Source: Trichlorobacter lovleyi SZ
Lineage (GTDB): Bacteria > Desulfobacterota > Desulfuromonadia > Geobacterales > Pseudopelobacteraceae
DNA: 32,000 nucleotides
Assembly (NCBI RefSeq): GCF_000020385.1
Contig: NC_010814.1
Span: 1,770,001 to 1,802,000 of the forward strand
Direction: 5' to 3'
Made by a program: the position numbers and the translations under genes. Below, piece by piece: positions 25,044-32,000 of this stretch (the stretch's first letter is position 1; every line of letters starts with the position of its first letter). The notes under the pieces are model-generated. The model was not told the DNA's origin. It saw nothing but the letters and a program-made list of their open reading frames with translations, and searched no databases.

Positions 25044-26423
25044 ATGAGTAAATCCCCGCGACATACCCCCGTTACGACACCAGCCACCACTGATGCAATC
25101 CTTGAAAGCATCTCCGATGGTGTCTTTACTGTTGATCCTGAGTGGAGGATTACCTCCTTTAACCGGGCAGCGGAAGAGATTACCGGCATCTCACGCAGGG
25201 ATGCCATTGGGCGGCTCTGTTCGGAAGTGTTCCGTTCCAACATGTGCGAGACCGATTGCGCCCTGCGCAAAACCCTGAAAAACGGCAGGCCGATCATCGG
25301 GCGTTCCGGCTATATCATTGATGAAGAGGGAAACCGCATCCCGATCAGTCTTTCGACAGCAGTATTGAAGGACAGCAATGGCAAAGTGGTGGGTGGGGCC
25401 GAGACCTTTCGGGATCTGAGTGAGGTGGAGACCCTGCGCCATGAGCTTGAGGGACGTTTTCATGTGGGGGAGATTGTCAGCCGCAGTCCCCTGATGCAGC
25501 GTCTGTTTGAGGTGATTCCCTCCATTGCGGTCAGTCCCAGTACGGTTCTGCTGAACGGCGAGACCGGAACCGGCAAAGAGCTGATGGCGCGGACCATCCA
25601 TAGTCTGAGCAAGCACAGTAGCGGGCCGTTTGTGGCGCTTAACTGCGGTGCGTTGCCGGATACCCTGCTGGAGTCAGAGCTGTTCGGCTACAAGGCCGGA
25701 GCCTTTACCGGAGCCACCAAGGACAAGCCGGGCCGCTTTGCCCTGGCCAAAGGCGGCACCCTGTTTCTGGATGAGATCGGTGAAGTGAGTCCGGCATTGC
25801 AGGTCCGCCTGCTGCGGGTCCTGCAGGAACACTGCTATGAGCCGCTGGGCGGTACGACCCCGGTAACAACCGATGCGCGGATCATTGTTGCCACCAATCG
25901 TGACCTGGCAGAGTTGACCCGTAACGGGACCTTTCGTGAGGATCTCTACTACCGGGTAAATGTAGTGCGGATCGAGCTGCCACCGCTTCGACGGCGCAAA
26001 GAGGATCTGCCGCTGCTGGTGGAGCAGTTTATTGCCAAGTTCAACCGTCTGCACCATGCCACGGTGCGGGGCATGGCGCCTGAGGCGCTTTCGTTGCTGA
26101 TGGCCCATGACTGGCCCGGCAACGTGCGAGAACTGGAAAACGTGATTGAGCGGGCCTTTGTACTCTGCCCGGATGGCACGATTGAAATCAGGCATCTGCC
26201 GGATGAACTGACCCTCCATGGCAGCCGCTCTGTTGGTCATGCTTCTCTGCAGGATGCCCGTTCCCAGCTGGAGGCCCAGACCATTCAGGCTGCTCTGGAA
26301 CGCAACAACTATAACCGCCTGGCAACGGCCAAGGCGTTAGGCATGCATAAGACCTCGCTGTTCCGCAAGATCAGACAACTCGGCATTCCCCTGCCGGAAA
26401 AAGATGGGCGTTCAAAACAGTAG
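25044..26423 (+). CDS. sigma54-dependent transcriptional activator with an N-terminal PAS domain (Cys-rich) and a C-terminal Fis-type HTH
   Basis: PAS: ILESISDGVFTVDPEWRITSFNRAAEEITG, with CX9CX3C (RLCSEVFRSNMCETDC). AAA+: GETGTGKE, GAFTGA, LFLDEIGE. HTH: RLATAKALGMHKTSLFRKIRQLGI. Confidence 0.92.
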   Translation: MSKSPRHTPVTTPATTDAILESISDGVFTVDPEWRITSFNRAAEEITGISRRDAIGRLCSEVFRSNMCETDCALRKTLKNGRPIIGRSGYIIDEEGNRIPISLSTAVLKDSNGKVVGGAETFRDLSEVETLRHELEGRFHVGEIVSRSPLMQRLFEVIPSIAVSPSTVLLNGETGTGKELMARTIHSLSKHSSGPFVALNCGALPDTLLESELFGYKAGAFTGATKDKPGRFALAKGGTLFLDEIGEVSPALQVRLLRVLQEHCYEPLGGTTPVTTDARIIVATNRDLAELTRNGTFREDLYYRVNVVRIELPPLRRRKEDLPLLVEQFIAKFNRLHHATVRGMAPEALSLLMAHDWPGNVRELENVIERAFVLCPDGTIEIRHLPDELTLHGSRSVGHASLQDARSQLEAQTIQAALERNNYNRLATAKALGMHKTSLFRKIRQLGIPLPEKDGRSKQ

Positions 26424-26547
26424 AGTCCTTTATCTGCTACCCTGTAGGTCAACAACAGTTGCATTAATACTACCATTCCCCCTCCTTAAAGTTATTCTCC
26501 CTTAAAACAATAATGCAATATCAGTATGTTAAAGGCTTGTTGTCCCT

Positions 26548-26564
26548 TGGCATGGTCACTGCAT
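26548..26564 (+). promoter_or_regulatory. sigma54 (-24/-12) promoter
   Basis: TGGCAT-GGTCA-CTGCAT: GG and GC elements with canonical spacing. 47 nt upstream of the first operon ATG, directly downstream of the EBP gene. Confidence 0.8.
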
Positions 26565-26610
26565 AGTGTAAACAGCATGTAGCGCACTACCAGTCTGGAG
26601 CTCCAAGGTA

Positions 26611-27021
26611 ATGAGAACAGCCTTTTCCCTCTGGAACGAACGGATAGCACCGGTGTTTGATGTTGCCAGACATCTCTGGATTGTTGATGCAGAGGATGGC
26701 CGGATCATTGGTCAGACAGGTCGTAGATTTTCCAGTGATGATCCGAAGGAGCGAGCACTGCGGCTGACAACCATGCAGGTGGAGCAGTTAGTCTGTGGCG
26801 CCATCACCCGCAGTTCTTATGAGGCATTGGCTGAGCGGGGCATTCAGGTGGTCTCGTTTATTGCCGGAGATCTTGATCAGGTAGTGCATGCCTGTCTGGC
26901 GGATCAGCTGAAGGATGGAAAGCTGAAAATGCCGGGCTGTCACCGGGGCAAGCGGCACGGCGCACGACGCTATCCCGGCAGAGACGCGTGCGTCATGAGG
27001 TCAGAGCCTACAAGGGAGTAA
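26611..27021 (+). CDS. NifX/NifB-C-terminal-like (dinitrogenase FeMo-cofactor biosynthesis fold) protein with a basic Cys-containing tail
   Basis: WNERIAPVFDVARHLWIVD..., LVCGAITRSSYEALAERGIQVVSFIAGDLDQVV, C-terminal KMPGCHRGKRHGARR. Confidence 0.7.
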   Translation: MRTAFSLWNERIAPVFDVARHLWIVDAEDGRIIGQTGRRFSSDDPKERALRLTTMQVEQLVCGAITRSSYEALAERGIQVVSFIAGDLDQVVHACLADQLKDGKLKMPGCHRGKRHGARRYPGRDACVMRSEPTRE

Positions 27022-27026
27022 TGCAT

Positions 27027-27257
27027 ATGCCAAACAGAAATGGACAAGGACCAATGGGAGCCGGTTCAGGAACCGGACGTGGACGTGGAGTATGTAACAG
27101 AAATAAACAGCCGGGGATGCTGAATCAGGAAGCCTCTCAGGATCAGGTGGCGGCTGAACCGCAACGCCCTGATCCAGGCTGCAGGGGACCGCAAGGGTGC
27201 GGTACTGGCAAGGGACATCGTAAAAACAGCTGTGGCAGCGGGCGAGGCCAACGCTAG
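27027..27257 (+). CDS. DUF5320-like small Gly/Arg/Cys-rich protein
   Basis: MPNRNGQGPMGAGSGTGRGRGVC matches the DUF5320 N-terminal signature (MPxxDGTGPxGxGPxTGRGxGxC). ATG 27027 is 8 nt after AGGGAG. The C-terminus holds 4 more Cys in a Gly-rich context. Confidence 0.65.
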   Translation: MPNRNGQGPMGAGSGTGRGRGVCNRNKQPGMLNQEASQDQVAAEPQRPDPGCRGPQGCGTGKGHRKNSCGSGRGQR

Positions 27258-27310
27258 AGGATTCCCGGTCATGCAGGCCTATCACCTCTGAAGGCTGAGC
27301 AGTGCGGGAG

Positions 27311-27350
27311 CGCCGGTGTCTTACCGGAGGGAGAGGCACCGGCGTATTTT
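27311..27350 (+). terminator. intra-operon hairpin with a short T-tract (partial terminator, attenuator or processing site)
   Basis: CGCCGGTGTCT (27311-21) / AGAGGCACCGGCG (27332-44) followed by TATTTT. Confidence 0.5.
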
Positions 27351-27366
27351 AAAGTCAGGAGAATCT

Positions 27367-27729
27367 ATGAATACCATTGCATTTACCACCGCCGGACAGG
27401 AGCTTGCTGCTGCACTTGATCCGCGTTTCGGGCGGGCAGCAAATTTCCTGATCTACGATACAGATCAAAAAACCACACGGATTATTGAAAACCAACAGGG
27501 CCGCAGCGCTTCCCAGGGGGCAGGCATACAGGCAGCAGAAACCATTGTGCGTGCCGGTGTTGATGCCCTGGTAACCGGCCATTGCGGCCCCAAGGCCTTT
27601 AAGGTGCTGGATGCTGCCGGGGTAAAAGTTTTTAACTGCACTGCTGCAACTGTTGATGAGGCCCTGCAACAGTTACAGGCAGGCAAGCTGACAGCTGCAG
27701 AAAACTCTGATGTCGAAGGGCACTGGTAA
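27367..27729 (+). CDS. NifX/NifB-like (MTH1175-type) FeMo-cofactor-fold protein
   Basis: MNTIAFTTAGQELAAALDPRFGRAANFLIYD...GAGIQAAETIVRAGVDALVTGHCGPKAFKVLDAAGVKVF. AGGAGA RBS. The track ORF starts upstream at 27316. Confidence 0.8.
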   Translation: MNTIAFTTAGQELAAALDPRFGRAANFLIYDTDQKTTRIIENQQGRSASQGAGIQAAETIVRAGVDALVTGHCGPKAFKVLDAAGVKVFNCTAATVDEALQQLQAGKLTAAENSDVEGHW

Positions 27730-28610
27730 TGGCGGCGTCATCCCGGAACAGGTCATACAGAATAGCGGTTGCTTCCGGCAAAGGTGGTACCGGCAAGACC
27801 ACGGTTGCCCTGAATCTGGCTGCCATGTTTGGAGAACCGCTACAGCTGGCGGATTGTGATGTTGAAGAGCCCAACGTCAATCTGTTTCTGCGTTGCGATC
27901 AGGTGGAGGCAACAGAAGTTACCATGCTGGTGCCGGAGGTTGATCAGCAGCGCTGTAACGGTTGTGGCGCCTGTGGTGAACTGTGCCAGTTTCGCGGGAT
28001 TGTTGCCATCGGAACCAGGGCGCTGGTGTTTCCGGAGCTGTGTCATGGCTGCGGCGGCTGTGCCCTGGTCTGCCCAACCGGAGCCATAACTGAGCGCCCC
28101 CACCGGATCGGCACGATCTCCGCAGGGCAATCCGGTGCCATCAGGTTGATTGAAGGCAGGCTGGAGGTGGGGGTCTCGCTGGTTCCGCCGGTGATCAGAG
28201 CGGTGCGGGATGGTCTGATGGACGGGATTCCTGCCATTCTTGATGCCCCTCCAGGTACTTCCTGTCCGGTGGTGGCCACCCTGCGTGAGTCTGATTATCT
28301 GCTGCTGGTTACTGATCCGACCCCCTTTGGCCTGCATGACCTCAAGCTGGCTGTTGCCCTGGCCCGTGAGCTGAATCTGGCCTGCGGTGTGGTGGTAAAC
28401 CGGGCAGGAGAGGATCTGGTCGGCCTGTATGGTTACTGCCGGTCAGAAAACCTGCCGGTACTGCTTTCACTGCCGGATGACCGCCAGATAGCGGAAATCA
28501 CCTCCCGGGGGGATCTGGTTGCCAGGGTACTGCCGGAATACGGTCTGATGTTTGCCGAGCTGGCCGAAAAGCTGAAACAGGAGTTGGGAACAACAGGAGG
28601 TACGCCATGA
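27729..28610 (+). CDS. MinD/ParA-superfamily P-loop ATPase with inserted 2x[4Fe-4S] ferredoxin domain (COG1149 type)
   Basis: Deviant Walker A SGKGGTGKTT. CNGCGACGELC and CHGCGGCALVCP ferredoxin motifs. TAATG overlap with the upstream gene. Confidence 0.88.
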   Translation: MAASSRNRSYRIAVASGKGGTGKTTVALNLAAMFGEPLQLADCDVEEPNVNLFLRCDQVEATEVTMLVPEVDQQRCNGCGACGELCQFRGIVAIGTRALVFPELCHGCGGCALVCPTGAITERPHRIGTISAGQSGAIRLIEGRLEVGVSLVPPVIRAVRDGLMDGIPAILDAPPGTSCPVVATLRESDYLLLVTDPTPFGLHDLKLAVALARELNLACGVVVNRAGEDLVGLYGYCRSENLPVLLSLPDDRQIAEITSRGDLVARVLPEYGLMFAELAEKLKQELGTTGGTP

Positions 28611-29485
28611 GCAAGGAGCATATCCGCGAACTGGTGGTACTGTCCGGCAAAGGCGGCACCGGCAAAACCAGTGTTACCGCCTCGTTTGCCCTGCTGGCAA
28701 AAAAAGCGGTGCTGGCTGACTGTGATGTTGATGCTGCTGATCTGCATCTGCTGCTGACGCCGATGGTTGAACAGCGCCATGCCTTCATGAGTGGTCATGA
28801 AGCGGTGATCCGTCAGCAGGATTGCACCGGCTGCGGCATCTGCATGGATAGCTGCCGTTTTGATGCGATCCGTCGTGAAGACATCAGCTACCGGATTGAT
28901 CCGGTGGCCTGTGAAGGCTGCGGTGTCTGCTATCGGCTCTGTCCGGTCAAGGCGATTGATTTTCCTGATCGGGTCTGCGGTGAATGGATGGTCTCCGGTA
29001 CCCGTTGTGGCCCGATGGTGCATGCCCAACTGGGAGTGGCAGCAGAGAACTCGGGCAAGCTGGTTACCACCGTGCGGGAACAGGCCTGGGCTGTGGCGGT
29101 GGATAAGCGGATTCCGCTGATCATCTCAGACGGTCCTCCCGGTATCGGCTGTCCGGTAATTGCATCATTAAGTGGCGTTTCACTGGCCGTGGTGATTACC
29201 GAGCCAACCGTATCCGGCCTGCATGATCTGCAGCGTCTGTTGGCCCTGGCCCGTCATTTTTCTGTGCCAACCGCAGTCTGTGTCAACAAGTGGGATATCA
29301 ACCCGCAGCAGACCGAGCGGATCGAGGCAGCAGCAGAAGCTGCCGGTGCAGCGATACTGGGGCGTATCCGTTATGACCGTTCCGTAACCCAGGCCCAGCT
29401 GCAGCAAAAAGCGGTGGTGGAGCTTGAAGCAGCAGCCGGTGATGATATTCGCGTTGTCTGGAAACAGGTAACAGAGTTGTTATAA
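28607..29485 (+). CDS. second MinD/ParA-superfamily ATPase with inserted 2x[4Fe-4S] ferredoxin domain
   Basis: SGKGGTGKTS; CTGCGICMDSC and CEGCGVCYRLCP. ATGA overlap with the upstream paralog. Confidence 0.88.
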   Translation: MSKEHIRELVVLSGKGGTGKTSVTASFALLAKKAVLADCDVDAADLHLLLTPMVEQRHAFMSGHEAVIRQQDCTGCGICMDSCRFDAIRREDISYRIDPVACEGCGVCYRLCPVKAIDFPDRVCGEWMVSGTRCGPMVHAQLGVAAENSGKLVTTVREQAWAVAVDKRIPLIISDGPPGIGCPVIASLSGVSLAVVITEPTVSGLHDLQRLLALARHFSVPTAVCVNKWDINPQQTERIEAAAEAAGAAILGRIRYDRSVTQAQLQQKAVVELEAAAGDDIRVVWKQVTELL

Positions 29486-29513
29486 ACCCTTTTTGTTTTA
29501 AGGAGGCAACAGC

Positions 29514-30440
29514 ATGGACGCAGCACAGCAGCAAACCCCGCAGCAGGAACAATCCTGCCCACCTTCAGCATGTGAATCATGTTCATCCAGCAGTTGCTCG
29601 GCAACCAGCAAAAAGCTGACTGAAACCGAGCAGGAGTTTGAAGACCGCCGTCGTCTGGCCTCGCGCCTGTGCAGGATCAAGCACAAGATTGTGGTGCTGT
29701 CCGGCAAAGGCGGGGTTGGCAAAAGCACGGTGGCGGTCAATCTTGCCATGGGGCTGCATCTGGCAGGCAAGAAGGTCGGTTTGCTGGATGTGGATATCCA
29801 TGGTCCCAGCGTACCCACCATGCTTGGCCTTGAGAAGAGCCAGGTTTTGGAAGGCAATGGCGAGCTGGTACCGGTTGATCTGAACGGTATGAAGGTCATC
29901 TCGCTGGGGTTCTTTCTGAAAGAACAGGATGAAGCGGTGATCTGGCGCGGTGCCATGAAGACCGGCGTGATTACCCAGTTTATCCGTGACGTGGCCTGGG
30001 GTGACTTGGACTACCTGATTGTTGATTCACCTCCGGGCACCGGTGATGAACCACTTTCGGTCTGCCAGACCCTGGAGGATGCAGATGGCGCGGTGATCGT
30101 CACCACCCCCCAGAAGGTTGCAGCGGTAGATGTCCGTAAATCCATCTCCTTCTGTCGTCAGATCAATCTGCCGGTGCTAGGGGTGATCGAGAATATGAAC
30201 GGCTTTGTCTGCCCCAAATGCGGGGAGCTGACTGCGGTCTTCCAGTCAGGTGGCGGCAAGTTGATGGCCGATGATATGGGGGTGCCGTTTCTGGGGTCAG
30301 TACCGATTGATCCCCGGATTTCCGAAGCAGGGGATAGTGGAGTAGCATTTTTGCAACGGTATGCCGACTCCACCACTGCAGGGCTGTTCCAGTCACTGAT
30401 AATTCCGGTTATGGAAGAGCTGGAGGCGGCACAATTATGA
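29514..30440 (+). CDS. Mrp/NBP35/ApbC-family Fe-S cluster carrier ATPase with a Cys-rich N-terminal extension
   Basis: SGKGGVGKSTVAVNLA, DSPPGTGDE, CPKCG (bridging-cluster CxxC). N-terminus CPPSACESCSSSSCS. AAGGAGG RBS. Confidence 0.88.
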   Translation: MDAAQQQTPQQEQSCPPSACESCSSSSCSATSKKLTETEQEFEDRRRLASRLCRIKHKIVVLSGKGGVGKSTVAVNLAMGLHLAGKKVGLLDVDIHGPSVPTMLGLEKSQVLEGNGELVPVDLNGMKVISLGFFLKEQDEAVIWRGAMKTGVITQFIRDVAWGDLDYLIVDSPPGTGDEPLSVCQTLEDADGAVIVTTPQKVAAVDVRKSISFCRQINLPVLGVIENMNGFVCPKCGELTAVFQSGGGKLMADDMGVPFLGSVPIDPRISEAGDSGVAFLQRYADSTTAGLFQSLIIPVMEELEAAQL

Positions 30441-30670
30441 CCATAACGCTCACAGCGGATACATCAGTACTGGAACTTGTGGAACATCACCCGGAGACCG
30501 AAGCGGTCTTTGAGCGTTACACCAAACGGCTTGGTATCTGTATCTGCTGCGAGTGTCTGTTCTGCAGCCTGAAAGATGTTGCAGCACGTTATGAACTTGA
30601 TCTTGATGAGCTGATGGCCCGTTTGAACAGCGCTATTGAATCTGATCTGAAGGAGTCACCGTGCGCCTGA
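30437..30670 (+). CDS. DUF1858-domain small protein with an unusual CICCECLFC cluster
   Basis: 77 aa. LELVEHHPETEAVFERY...L.DVAARYELDLDELMARLN is DUF1858/ScdA-N-like. ATGA overlap with the Mrp gene. Confidence 0.65.
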   Translation: MTITLTADTSVLELVEHHPETEAVFERYTKRLGICICCECLFCSLKDVAARYELDLDELMARLNSAIESDLKESPCA

Positions 30671-32000
30671 ACGACCCATCCCTTTTACGCCAATCCTGTT
30701 ACCTGAACGGCCAGTGGCTTGCTGCTGACAGCGGCAAGACCATTGATGTCACCAACCCTGCCACCGGTGAAGTTCTGGGCACTATTCCCAAAATGGGTAC
30801 TGCTGAAACCCGTCGTGCCATAGAGGCAGCCAATGCAGCCTGGCCAGCCTGGCGGGTAAAGACCGCCAAAGAACGGGCAACCATCCTGCGGCGCTGGTTT
30901 GAACTGATGCTGGAAAACCAGGAAGACCTGGCCATTATCATGACTGCCGAGCAGGGCAAGCCGTTGGCTGAATCCCGTGGTGAGATATCCTACGCAGCCT
31001 CATTCATTGAATGGTTTGCCGAAGAAGGCAAACGGCTCTATGGAGACACCATCCCTGCCCATGGCCGTGACAAGCGGATTGTGGTCATCAAAGAACCGAT
31101 CGGTGTCTGTGCTGCCATCACCCCATGGAACTTCCCCTCTGCCATGATTACCCGTAAAGCAGGCCCAGCCCTGGCTGCCGGTTGCACCATGGTGGTCAAA
31201 CCTGCCACCGCCACCCCTTTCTCGGCACTGGCCCTGGCTGAACTGGGTGAACGGGCTGGCATCCCTGCCGGGGTATTCAGCGTCATCACCGGTTCATCCA
31301 GTGAAATCGGCACTGAAATGACCTCCAACCCGATTGTGCGCAAACTGACCTTTACCGGCTCCACTGAGATCGGCAAGCAGTTGACCGCCCAATGCGCTGC
31401 CACCATGAAGAAGGTCTCCATGGAACTGGGTGGTAATGCACCGTTTATTGTCTTTGATGATGCGGATCTGGATGCGGCCGTGGAAGGAGCCATCGCCTCC
31501 AAGTACCGCAACACCGGACAGACCTGTGTCTGCACCAACCGCCTGCTGGTACAGGCTGGTGTCTATGACCTGTTTGCAGAGAAACTGGCAACCGCAGTTG
31601 CCAAGATGCGGGTGGGTGATGGCCTCAAGGATGATGTCCAGCAGGGACCACTGATTGATGAGGCCTCAGTACAAAAAGTGGAAGAGCATATCCATGATGC
31701 TGTATCCAAAGGGGCCCGCATAGCATTAGGCGGCAAACGCCATGAACTGGGCGGCACCTTCTTCCAGCCCACCATCCTCTGTGATGTAACCCCCCAGATG
31801 CTGGTGGCACGGGAAGAGACCTTTGGACCGGTGGCGCCGATCTTCAAATTCACCACTGATGCAGAAGCAATAAAAATGGCCAACGACACGGAATTCGGTC
31901 TGGCCTCCTACTTCTATACCCGTGACATCGGCAGGGTCTGGCGGGTGGCAGAGGCATTGGAATACGGCATGGTGGGGATCAACACCGGCCTGGTCTCCAC
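30661..32000 (+). CDS. gabD: NAD(P)+-dependent succinate-semialdehyde dehydrogenase (3' end outside the window)
   Basis: Not in the ORF track because it has no stop in the window. Frame 1 is open from GTG 30661 (AAGGAG RBS at 30650-55). The translation VRLNDPSLLRQSCYLNGQWLAADSGKTIDVTNPATGEVLG...EQGKPLAESRGEISYAASFIEWFAEEGKR...ITPWNFPSAMITRKAGPALAAGCTMV...ELGGNAPFIVFDDADLD...GQTCVC is near-colinear with E. coli GabD. Confidence 0.9.
   Translation, partial: MRLNDPSLLRQSCYLNGQWLAADSGKTIDVTNPATGEVLGTIPKMGTAETRRAIEAANAAWPAWRVKTAKERATILRRWFELMLENQEDLAIIMTAEQGKPLAESRGEISYAASFIEWFAEEGKRLYGDTIPAHGRDKRIVVIKEPIGVCAAITPWNFPSAMITRKAGPALAAGCTMVVKPATATPFSALALAELGERAGIPAGVFSVITGSSSEIGTEMTSNPIVRKLTFTGSTEIGKQLTAQCAATMKKVSMELGGNAPFIVFDDADLDAAVEGAIASKYRNTGQTCVCTNRLLVQAGVYDLFAEKLATAVAKMRVGDGLKDDVQQGPLIDEASVQKVEEHIHDAVSKGARIALGGKRHELGGTFFQPTILCDVTPQMLVAREETFGPVAPIFKFTTDAEAIKMANDTEFGLASYFYTRDIGRVWRVAEALEYGMVGINTGLVS

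Noticed and set aside
24759-25064. 101-aa minus-strand ORF upstream of the sigma54 activator
   Set aside because: It crosses the attR-like repeat, a terminator hairpin and the activator's promoter and start. It has no RBS or recognisable domain.
27291-27306. Second sigma54-like promoter (AAGGCTGAGCAGTGCG) before the second NifX-like gene
   Set aside because: The GG-to-GC spacing is one nt too short (10 instead of 11), and the flanking consensus positions (TGGCAC / TTGCA) are poorly matched.
28433-29029. 198-aa minus-strand ORF (with 27840-28337 and 29498-29956)
   Set aside because: It is antisense to the MinD-ferredoxin/Mrp genes, whose Walker A and CxxCxxC motifs confirm the + strand reading.
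30699-31889. Three minus-strand ORFs (86, 166 and 108 aa) listed where the track shows no + strand gene
   Set aside because: The + strand frame 1 is open from 30661 to the window end and translates to a near-colinear GabD. The minus-strand ORFs are antisense artefacts.

Overview
The window looks like chromosomal DNA from an anaerobic Desulfuromonadales/Geobacter-like bacterium. That placement is inferred from gene content and order only. It has three parts. (1) Positions 1-19550 are housekeeping genes, all on the + strand except an ArsR-like regulator. They are the tail of a bifunctional ManC-like gene plus a mannose-1-P guanylyltransferase paralog, bioF-bioH-bioC, the rimP-nusA-ylxR/L7Ae-infB-rbfA-nrnA-truB-rpsO-pnp translation cluster, and a polyamine block (speA, carboxy(nor)spermidine dehydrogenase, nspC). 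(2) tRNA-Arg(TCT) at 19613-19689 is followed by a roughly 5.2 kb decayed integrative island (19691-24857). The island is bounded by a 13-nt direct repeat of the tRNA 3' end and contains two further partial copies of it. It carries a small membrane zinc-ribbon protein, an orphan HK97-type prohead protease, an IS110-family element with a strongly structured 3' non-coding region (candidate bridge RNA), an IS5-family element with recognisable inverted repeats, and an RHH/ParE toxin-antitoxin pair. No integrase is present. (3) Positions 25044-30670 hold a PAS-domain sigma54 enhancer-binding protein, a textbook -24/-12 promoter, and a translationally coupled operon. The operon encodes two NifX/NifB-like proteins, a DUF5320-like Gly/Cys-rich peptide, two MinD-type ATPases with inserted 2x[4Fe-4S] ferredoxin domains, an Mrp/NBP35 ATPase and a Cys-rich DUF1858 protein. 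It is followed by gabD, which runs off the window and is missing from the ORF track. This operon is the best candidate here for a functionally uncharacterised system, probably in metallocluster handling. Many long minus-strand ORFs in the track are antisense artefacts of coding regions.
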